Origin: Candidatus Thorarchaeota archaeon
GTDB taxonomy: Archaea; Asgardarchaeota; Thorarchaeia; Thorarchaeales; Thorarchaeaceae
Direction of reading: 5' to 3'
NCBI GenBank assembly: GCA_003345555.1
Contig: PRDJ01000042.1
Location: forward strand, 1-32,000
DNA: 32,000 nucleotides
In this document: positions 25,595 to 32,000 of the stretch, piece by piece
How the letters are laid out: each line of letters begins with the position of its first letter
How positions within the stretch are numbered: position 1 is the first letter of the stretch
Position numbers and translations under genes: made by a program
Notes under the pieces: model-generated
The model's input: only the letters and a program-made list of their open reading frames with translations
Told to the model about the DNA's origin: nothing
Databases searched by the model: none

Positions 25595-26290
25595 TCATGA
25601 CACTTTATACCTGAATTCATTACCTGCGGCCCACTGAATCTCGAGAACCTGCTTAGGTTCCATTAGAATCGCGACGGTACCGCTTGCGAACTGCTCCAAG
25701 TACTTCCGGAATTTCGCACTCTGTTCCGGTGCGGTCCATCTGATGGGAATCCCTATTCTCGGCTTTGCATCTATGCAGAGGCTAACTGCATCCTTGACCG
25801 CGAAAACCTCGCCATCCCCTACTGGAACAATCATGACATCTGCCTCGATTTTTCCAAATGCACCCCGGACCACAGTGTCACCAAGGTACGCGACCTTCAT
25901 TCCAGACATTTCCAAGTACAAACCCAGATTCTGGGATTTCTCTCCCGACTTTGGGTCTGCTCTCTGAAGAGAGTAGGGAACAAGCTTGAGACCTGGTATC
26001 TGATAGACTTCTTCTGGTCTCAATATGTGGAGAAGCCAAGGCTTCCCTCCTTGGGATTTTGCCTTCTCGATTGTCTGCTCATTTCCCAAGATCCATGCCT
26101 TGGACTTCGAGGCAATAGCTGTAGCGTTACCAATCGCATCATCGAAGTGGTTAGTTGCCACTATGACTCTCACATCGCAGTCATCAGGCACTACGGGTTT
26201 TCCGTCCCATATGCCAGGATTCAGGAGGACTGACATGTCTTTGGAATCCAGCCTGAACGAAGTGTGACCGAAGTATGTAATCTTTAGCAA
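25595..26290 (-). CDS. Metallo-beta-lactamase-fold protein (UPF0173-like) with degenerate metal site
   Basis: LKITYFGHTSFRL, LLNP, AYLGDT, DVMIVPVG, A..L.....P...IP are MBL landmarks. The HxHxDH motif reads TNHFDD and the final His motif reads PIRW. Confidence 0.8.
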   Translation of the reverse strand: MLKITYFGHTSFRLDSKDMSVLLNPGIWDGKPVVPDDCDVRVIVATNHFDDAIGNATAIASKSKAWILGNEQTIEKAKSQGGKPWLLHILRPEEVYQIPGLKLVPYSLQRADPKSGEKSQNLGLYLEMSGMKVAYLGDTVVRGAFGKIEADVMIVPVGDGEVFAVKDAVSLCIDAKPRIGIPIRWTAPEQSAKFRKYLEQFASGTVAILMEPKQVLEIQWAAGNEFRYKVS

Positions 26291-26386
26291 CTGGCCACTT
26301 CCATTAGTACCGTTAGTCGCCGCTGGGTTGGAACTCCTGCAGCTGAAGGTAATCTAGGTCCCATTCCTTAAAAACAAAATTCGCAT

Positions 26387-26408
26387 TGGTGCTTACTTTG
26401 AAGCACCA
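26387..26408. promoter_or_regulatory. Perfect 8-bp inverted repeat in the divergent intergenic region upstream of the methyltransferase cluster
   Basis: TGGTGCTT-actttg-AAGCACCA, just downstream of an AT-rich CCTTAAAAACAAAAT element. Confidence 0.35.
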
Positions 26409-26526
26409 GCGGCATACTGTGAGATTACTCGACAGTCCTGTGCAAAGGTTATTGAGTCCCGCAGATTGCGAAACGACAAGTACTACACTAGTATGAGCAC
26501 ACAGAACGGGCTCCGGAGACCGCAGC

Positions 26527-27432
26527 ATGTACGAATACAAATCGCAGCAACGGACACTAGAATTCGGTGGTGTGAAGATCGGAGGAACACCGGGGCTTGC
26601 GCCGACAGTCCTCATAGGTTCCATTTTCTATTCGAAAGATAAGTTAGTGCTTGACCCGAAGGCTGGTGATATAGACAAGCCTCAGACGGACAGAGTTCTG
26701 ACTGAAGTCGCAGATATGTCAGAAAGAACGGGGTTACCCAGCATGCTGGACGTAGTTGCATCCTCGTCACCCGCAATGAGGCGATACATCACCTACCTCG
26801 CCGACAAGACGAGTATGCCGCTGCTAATCGACGGGTCTGGCTCTCAAGACGTGAATCTCGCCGGCATAGAGATGGCGCGTGAGAATGGCATGCTGGACAG
26901 AGTAATGCTCAATTCATTGACCCCGGAGACTAGTAATGAAATGTACAGGAAGATGCAGGAGGCAGGTCTCAAGAGTGCAGTTATCCTTACATTCTCCAAG
27001 GATGCTATGTCTTCTGTAGCAAAAAGAACCGAACTCGCTGATCAAATCCTTGCAAAAGCCACAGACTCTGGATTGACCAACCTGATAATCGACACTGGGG
27101 TTGTAGATATGCTCACTCTTGGACTTGCCTGCAAAGCCATGCAATCAATCAAGGACAAGCTTGGCTACCCGGTAGGATGCGGTGCCCATAATGCGGTGAA
27201 CATGTGGGCCGGCTTGGTTCCAAAATTCGGGAAGGACGCGAAGAATCCGGCTCTTGTTGGATCGAGTCTCATGCCCGTTGTTCTTGGGGCCGACTTCGTG
27301 CTTTATGGTCCCGTGAAGCATGCAGGTATTGTATTTCCTTCTGTGGCCATGATTGACACGGCTCTCTCAGGCGTGCTGCTAGAGAAGAGAATCCGACCGG
27401 ACCGACAGCATCCTCGCTTCAGAATCGGCTAG
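26527..27432 (+). CDS. mtrH: MtrH-family methyltransferase (methyl-corrinoid:tetrahydromethanopterin/folate methyltransferase, MtrH/MtgA/MtoA-like)
   Basis: GGVKIGG.PG..PTVLIGSIFY, D.TGLP...DVV, P.LID, NS, D.G, G.PVGCGAHNA, GADFVLYGP, HP..R. Confidence 0.9.
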   Translation: MYEYKSQQRTLEFGGVKIGGTPGLAPTVLIGSIFYSKDKLVLDPKAGDIDKPQTDRVLTEVADMSERTGLPSMLDVVASSSPAMRRYITYLADKTSMPLLIDGSGSQDVNLAGIEMARENGMLDRVMLNSLTPETSNEMYRKMQEAGLKSAVILTFSKDAMSSVAKRTELADQILAKATDSGLTNLIIDTGVVDMLTLGLACKAMQSIKDKLGYPVGCGAHNAVNMWAGLVPKFGKDAKNPALVGSSLMPVVLGADFVLYGPVKHAGIVFPSVAMIDTALSGVLLEKRIRPDRQHPRFRIG

Positions 27433-27443
27433 GTGATTCTGAC

Positions 27444-29099
27444 TTGTCAGGACCTATGCTTGTGTTTGAACCATCTGGCCAGAGGATTTACGTGTCTCAT
27501 GCTACAACGGTGCTTGACGCAGCTCGCAGTCTTGGTCTTCCCATTCCTACAGACTGTGGAGGCCATGGCACATGCGGAAAGTGCAGGATTAAGTTTCAAC
27601 CAGCGCCATTCCCGACTCAACGGGATTTGCAGCATCTATCCAAGGACGAACTGGCAGAAGGTATACGTCTGGCCTGCGAGCACGTGATTGAAACAGACAC
27701 GAGGGTTGTTCTTCCATTTCCTGAAGAGCAGGCCAAGATTCTGGTCTGGGGATCTTCGAAGGCTGCTGTGCAGAAACTGGACAAAGGCCTTGTCGGACAG
27801 TTGGGAGTCGCAATAGACCTAGGCACGACAACCATAGTAGCTTACCTCATGGACCTGGGGACAGGTAGTCAGATTGAACAACAGGCAATGCTCAACCCAG
27901 AGGTTGCCTATGGGGAGGACATCATGACGCGCATGGCCTATGTCATGAACGCGCATGAGGGCGGTGAGGAGCTCCGTCAATGTGTGCTTCGCGGCATTGA
28001 TGTGCTTCTCACGCGTCTTATTAGCGCAGCAGGAGTACTTCCCGACACTGTCTCTCGCATCTCGCTTGTGGGCAACACTGCCATGCACCATCTCTTTTTG
28101 GGATTGGACATCCACGGTCTGAGTCTTGCACCGTACAGACCAGCCATGTTGAAGTCACTCACGAAATCATCTGACGAAATCGGGCTCAAGTCCGTTCCAA
28201 AGGCTCAGGTATATGTTGCTCCGAATATTGAAGGTTTCATAGGCAGTGATACGGTAGGTCTTATTGTCTCACAAGGGCTTGGCTCTGTCAAGGGCACAGT
28301 GATGGGGATTGACATAGGAACCAACGCAGAGATAGTCCTCTCGGTTCGCGGGCGCCTCATATGTTGTTCAGCAGCAGCAGGTCCTGCGTTCGAAGGAGCA
28401 AGAATCAGGCTTGGCATGAGGGGCGAAGAGGGTGCGATAGAACACGTGCGTATCAACAATCCCTCAGAGCCGGCAGAATTGTCTGTGATAGGACAGGCTT
28501 CTCCTCGAGGCATTTGCGGCTCAGCTATCGTCGACATAGTCGCCGAGCTGTTGAGAACAGGTCTTGTAGACCGTACTGGACGGATGCGAGACTCGAAGAG
28601 GATTGTTCATGAAGGCGGGTACGGTCTCTGCTACATCGTAGCAGAACCAGGCGAGTCTGACGCGGGCCGACGCATAGTGTTCACTCAGGAAGACGTAAGA
28701 CAGGTCCAGCTTGCAAAGGCAGCAATTGCTACGGGTGCCGGGGTCCTAATGGATGAATGCGGCGTTACCTCTTATGATATTGATGCGCTTCTTCTAGCCG
28801 GCGCATTTGGAAACTACATCCGCCCTGAGAGTGCCTTAGCGATTGGTCTTCTTCCTGCGATCCCACTGGACAGAATCGTTCCGGTTGGAAACGCAGCAGG
28901 TGAGGGTGCCAAGAGGTTTCTTCTGTCCTTGAAAGAGAGGGCGGTTGCTGAGACGCTTAGCAGGAGCGTCAAGTACGTCAATCTTGCTGCTCATCCAGCG
29001 TTTGCTGACAGGTTCTTGGAGGCCACAGCAATAGGTCAAGCTGGAGACGGTTCGAATCACAGCCATGTGCGGATAGCCAACCACACTAGCAATCCGTAG
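27444..29099 (+). CDS. ASKHA-domain (DUF4445) ATP-dependent reductive activator of corrinoid proteins (RACo) with N-terminal 2Fe-2S
   Basis: CGGHGTCGKC...RLAC, AIDLGTTT, NP....YGED..TR, VGNTAMHHLFLG, GFIGSD, IDIGTNAE, AAAGPAFEG, GICGS, TQEDVRQVQLAKAAI, LAGAFGNY, GNAAGEGA. Confidence 0.94.
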   Translation: MSGPMLVFEPSGQRIYVSHATTVLDAARSLGLPIPTDCGGHGTCGKCRIKFQPAPFPTQRDLQHLSKDELAEGIRLACEHVIETDTRVVLPFPEEQAKILVWGSSKAAVQKLDKGLVGQLGVAIDLGTTTIVAYLMDLGTGSQIEQQAMLNPEVAYGEDIMTRMAYVMNAHEGGEELRQCVLRGIDVLLTRLISAAGVLPDTVSRISLVGNTAMHHLFLGLDIHGLSLAPYRPAMLKSLTKSSDEIGLKSVPKAQVYVAPNIEGFIGSDTVGLIVSQGLGSVKGTVMGIDIGTNAEIVLSVRGRLICCSAAAGPAFEGARIRLGMRGEEGAIEHVRINNPSEPAELSVIGQASPRGICGSAIVDIVAELLRTGLVDRTGRMRDSKRIVHEGGYGLCYIVAEPGESDAGRRIVFTQEDVRQVQLAKAAIATGAGVLMDECGVTSYDIDALLLAGAFGNYIRPESALAIGLLPAIPLDRIVPVGNAAGEGAKRFLLSLKERAVAETLSRSVKYVNLAAHPAFADRFLEATAIGQAGDGSNHSHVRIANHTSNP

Positions 29100-29286
29100 A
29101 CGAATCTCCAAAGCCAGTATCCATGATGAAAGATATATGTCCGTCAGCTTCCGGAGAATCCTAGTCCAATCAGCAGATGGCCACAGGACAGCCCGAAGCC
29201 GCTAAGATCCGTTGGCAAGGGCTGAGACCAGTCGATCTGCACCTGCGACACGACTAGTGACACTCCAAAGACTGAGGAAATGCAAA

Positions 29287-29916
29287 ATGACAGATTTGAC
29301 AGACGCAATGGCAGACCTTGACGAGCAGAAAGTGTTGAACATTGTCAATGAACAAATCCGCACGAACAAACCCGTTCAGATTCTCGATGAATTACGGCGA
29401 GGCTTGGACATCGTGGGTAACAGGTTCTCAAAGAATGAGTATTTTCTGGTCGAGTTGGTGATGTCAGCCGACATATTCAAGAAAGCGATGGCGATAGTAG
29501 AACCGAAACTGCTGGCTACTCAGCGTGCGAGCGCAAAGGGTAAGGTCGTAATCGGGACTGTCCAAGGCGACATCCATTACATAGGCAAGAACCTTGTCGT
29601 TGCGTTTCTCAAATCCAACGGATTCGAGGTCTACGATTTGGGCGAAGATGTGCCGCCTGAGAAGTTTGTTGACACGCTCAAGAAAACAGGATCTTCCATT
29701 CTTGCGCTTAGCGGGCTGATTACTACTACTCATGATGTAATGCGAACGACAATTGAGGCGCTCAAGACTGCAGGCATTAGGAAGAAGGTCAAAGTAATGA
29801 TTGGCGGTGGAGACATCGGCGAGGAGATCGTGAAATACACTGGTGCAGATGCTTTTGGTAGGGATGCCCTTAGTGCAGTAGAGCTTGCCAAGAAGTTCAC
29901 TGCGGGGACAAAGTGA
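29287..29916 (+). CDS. Corrinoid (B12-binding) methyltransferase protein (MttC/MtbC/MtoC-like)
   Basis: Helical cap (LRRGLDIVG.RF...EYFLVEL..SA), GTVQGDIHYIGKNLV (DxHxxG intact), V.DLG.DVPPEKFV, LSGLITTT, VKVMIGG, GADAFG.DA..AV. ATG 29287 used; the track ORF starts at TTG 29212. Confidence 0.94.
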   Translation: MTDLTDAMADLDEQKVLNIVNEQIRTNKPVQILDELRRGLDIVGNRFSKNEYFLVELVMSADIFKKAMAIVEPKLLATQRASAKGKVVIGTVQGDIHYIGKNLVVAFLKSNGFEVYDLGEDVPPEKFVDTLKKTGSSILALSGLITTTHDVMRTTIEALKTAGIRKKVKVMIGGGDIGEEIVKYTGADAFGRDALSAVELAKKFTAGTK

Positions 29917-30108
29917 TTACGAGTCTGTTTCCTCCCGGCTGTGGTCTGCGGCTTTTCCAGAGCCCAAAAGGTCAAATCGGCCGCTCCTGAGGAGGTCTTA
30001 GTCCTACGGTCGTCGCCACCGAGTGTTACCTTTTTATGACAAAGACCGGACTAGAACTCTGCATTTGCATGTCCGCGGCCAGAGAGCCATTTGTACAAGA
30101 GGGGTCTC

Positions 30109-31404
30109 ATGCTCGAAAGAATTCTCACCGATGAATTTAGGAATCAATTGAAAGCCACCTTCATGGACATACGTGAAACTCAGGAAAAGAAAGATGAGAA
30201 CGAACTGGCGAAAGACGAGGAAAGACTGAGGCACAAGCTCATTGACAGTATTGAACCATATCGGTCCGATGTTGTGTTCGACACGGATTATATGGTCTCT
30301 GCAGTCGACGGGTCCGGCTCAAGCGAACTCGCAACTCTCAACGATGTGAGGGTTCACCTACTGAGCACATCCACCATCGTGCTTGGCACAAATACGAAGA
30401 ACGGTGCACCTTTCATGCCGATGGACAGAGTCACGCTGGAGGCCGCACTTGGTCGGGCACAACCGTATGTGAACTCCTATTGGCATTCAGGCGTGAGAGG
30501 GGATGCCAGAGAAAAGATGGCAGAGACGCTCGAAGATATCTACCCGGTCAGTAAAATACCGGATCTGATCCTGCCCTTCTTCAGAGACACAACAAACGGG
30601 CAGATACAGTCAATCGCGGACCTGTCGAACTCTCGGTATAGCGAGCACGCTGCAATGCTGCAAACCATGGAATCACTCATTTTCTATGGGCAGTTTCTTA
30701 CAAATACCCACGTTCACGACGAACTCCGTAAGGCCTCCGAGTATGCCGCTGCTCGAGCCGTCATAACCAGTGACATCAGGCCGAAGTATGTGCTGCTTGA
30801 CGGTGCCATGTCCATGTTCTTGCATCAGGTTGGCCAGTATCCTATAATGCCGACGGGCTTCATGCTAAGGGAGCTGTGTTCCGTTGCGCGTGACAAGCGC
30901 GTCGTATTGTGTGCGGTAAGCAAGAGTCATACGATTCCGGGCGCGGATCGAATTGCAGAGTTGGCTGAAGAGGTGATCGGCAAGAGCAACAAGTGGTTTT
31001 GTTTCCTTCCCGGTCAAGACGACCCCGGCGGAGGTCTTCACATTCTGGAGAAGCGAACATATATTCCGCCACCCTTGGCCGTGCCCTACTTGTTCAGCTT
31101 TTCTCAGGACAACCGGCCATCGCGGATTGACTTCGACAGAGTATGGTGGCTTCAGGACATATTCGTGGCAGGTGACCCAAAGAAGACGAGGCAAAACGAA
31201 AAAGCGCTCTTTCGGGATATTGAGTTCATGTCAAGAGATGCTCGGTGGTATGGTTACCCCGTTGCTCTCGCGTTGGCACATGAGGAATGCAAGTTGAGCT
31301 ACGAAGACCTAAGACTTGCGAAGGAAATCGCTGATGATGTTCTTCAGGAATTGGGAATGGGTATTCGAAGAACTGTGGAACTGAGAGAAGACTACAATTT
31401 ATAG
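30109..31404 (+). CDS. nurA: NurA-family nuclease
   Basis: SAVDGS, VLLDG, CAVSK, PSRIDF, GYPVALALAHE.C.L. GAGGGG upstream of ATG 30109. Confidence 0.82.
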   Translation: MLERILTDEFRNQLKATFMDIRETQEKKDENELAKDEERLRHKLIDSIEPYRSDVVFDTDYMVSAVDGSGSSELATLNDVRVHLLSTSTIVLGTNTKNGAPFMPMDRVTLEAALGRAQPYVNSYWHSGVRGDAREKMAETLEDIYPVSKIPDLILPFFRDTTNGQIQSIADLSNSRYSEHAAMLQTMESLIFYGQFLTNTHVHDELRKASEYAAARAVITSDIRPKYVLLDGAMSMFLHQVGQYPIMPTGFMLRELCSVARDKRVVLCAVSKSHTIPGADRIAELAEEVIGKSNKWFCFLPGQDDPGGGLHILEKRTYIPPPLAVPYLFSFSQDNRPSRIDFDRVWWLQDIFVAGDPKKTRQNEKALFRDIEFMSRDARWYGYPVALALAHEECKLSYEDLRLAKEIADDVLQELGMGIRRTVELREDYNL

Positions 31405-31423
31405 ATACTACGAGTGATGCGCT

Positions 31424-32000
31424 ATGACTCTGGATGTGAAAACCCTCGGCGACTTGTACGGCAAGGTAGCAATAGGGAATCAGGCCATGCTTGGGATTAT
31501 GGGAAACAACCGTGATATCAGCGTCGGTGAGATATTCATGGTGTATTCCCAGAGAGACGGACACGAGCGAGTGTTCTTCTTCCGTGTCTCAGCCCTCCAA
31601 AACTACCTGCGTCATGTGGACGACATGGCGCGCGTAGCTGGCACATTGATGATTGAAGGGGACGCGTATCTCTCAGGCATCAAGAGAGACATGCTACTCG
31701 AAGTCGAAGGAAAGATGCTTGGGTACGCAGAAATGGAGAACGGGAAATACGCCTTCAAATCGCCGCGCCGTCTTCCTGACCATCTTGCTGATGTGTACCG
31801 ACCAGTCCCCGGTGTCTCCGACAAGACCGTAAGGGAAATGCTGTCTAGTCAAACAGGCGGCGAAGTGCTCATCGGAGACCTACAAGTTGGCGAGGCCACG
31901 CTAGATGTCCCGGTGGGCATACCTGCGAAGTTCCTTCCAATGCACATGGGAATCTATGGGTCCACAGGTTCTGGAAAAAGCAACCTGATGATGGTGATGA
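31424..32000 (+). CDS. herA: HerA/FtsK-like ATPase (HAS barrel + DUF87), partial; runs off the right edge
   Basis: Not in the ORF track; translated by hand: MTLDVKTLGDLYGKV...ISVGEIF...FFFRV...VEGKMLGY....FKSPRRLPDHLADVY...IGDL....VPVGI...LPMHMGIYGSTGSGKSNLMMV (Walker A). Starts 19 bp after nurA. Confidence 0.9.
   Translation, partial: MTLDVKTLGDLYGKVAIGNQAMLGIMGNNRDISVGEIFMVYSQRDGHERVFFFRVSALQNYLRHVDDMARVAGTLMIEGDAYLSGIKRDMLLEVEGKMLGYAEMENGKYAFKSPRRLPDHLADVYRPVPGVSDKTVREMLSSQTGGEVLIGDLQVGEATLDVPVGIPAKFLPMHMGIYGSTGSGKSNLMMVM

Noticed and set aside
26291-26526. Cobalamin riboswitch upstream of the corrinoid cluster
   Set aside because: I could not find the conserved B12-box or GGGAA/GCCACTG-type elements.
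27430-27687. TAG readthrough (pyrrolysine) of mtrH into in-frame ORF 27433..27687, and of the RACo TAG at 29099
   Set aside because: MtrH is already full length and the extension overlaps the RACo 2Fe-2S region out of frame with non-protein-like sequence. RACo readthrough meets TGA after 8 codons.
29121-29226. C/D box sRNA starting at ATGATGA in the RACo-corrinoid gap
   Set aside because: There is no CTGA D box at the expected distance of about 45-55 nt and no recognisable C'/D' boxes.
9-31824. The many short track ORFs overlapping called genes (e.g. 9..272, 936..1190, 4955..5425, 7552..8166, 14603..14965, 21919..22389, 25048..25614)
   Set aside because: They are antisense or off-frame shadows of well-supported genes, with no recognisable motifs.
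1-32000. CRISPR arrays, IS elements, prophage or a compositionally foreign island
   Set aside because: By eye I saw no regularly spaced repeats, transposase/integrase/capsid motifs or obvious compositional shift. The only long repeat is the tRNA pair.

Overview
Gene-dense archaeal chromosomal window of mostly housekeeping genes. GGTGA/GGAGG ribosome-binding sites, FBP aldolase/phosphatase, archaeal TPI, ABCE1, ArcS/RaSEA, NurA/HerA and CCA-encoding tRNAs are all archaeal. The gene mix suggests an Asgard (Thorarchaeia-like) genome, but that is inference only. I found no transposase, integrase or CRISPR array. Order of contents: partial YkgJ-type Cys-cluster gene, ABCE1, uridine phosphorylase, fbp, parvulin, RHH regulator, SCP2-like hypothetical, tpiA, DUF89 phosphatase, NIF3-like protein, surface PHP hydrolase, two almost identical tRNA-Arg genes (CCG; GCG with a 30-nt T-loop intron), M24-fold protein, gamma-CA-like protein, two thioredoxins, membrane PCI-like/Zn-ribbon protein, DUF1998 helicase-arcS-raSEA, Ig-repeat protein with an MBL-fold partner, an MtrH-like/ASKHA activator/corrinoid methyl-transfer module, and nurA-herA running off the right edge. 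Best-supported unusual items: (1) the BHB-type intron at tRNA position 56/57, in a tRNA differing from its intronless neighbour at only 2 of 78 nt; (2) four metalloenzyme folds (NIF3, M24, gamma-CA, MBL) with substituted metal ligands; (3) a Cys-to-Glu change in the ABCE1 Fe-S motif; (4) a corrinoid methyl-transfer module with no substrate-specific methyltransferase in view. All family calls are by motif recognition, not database search.
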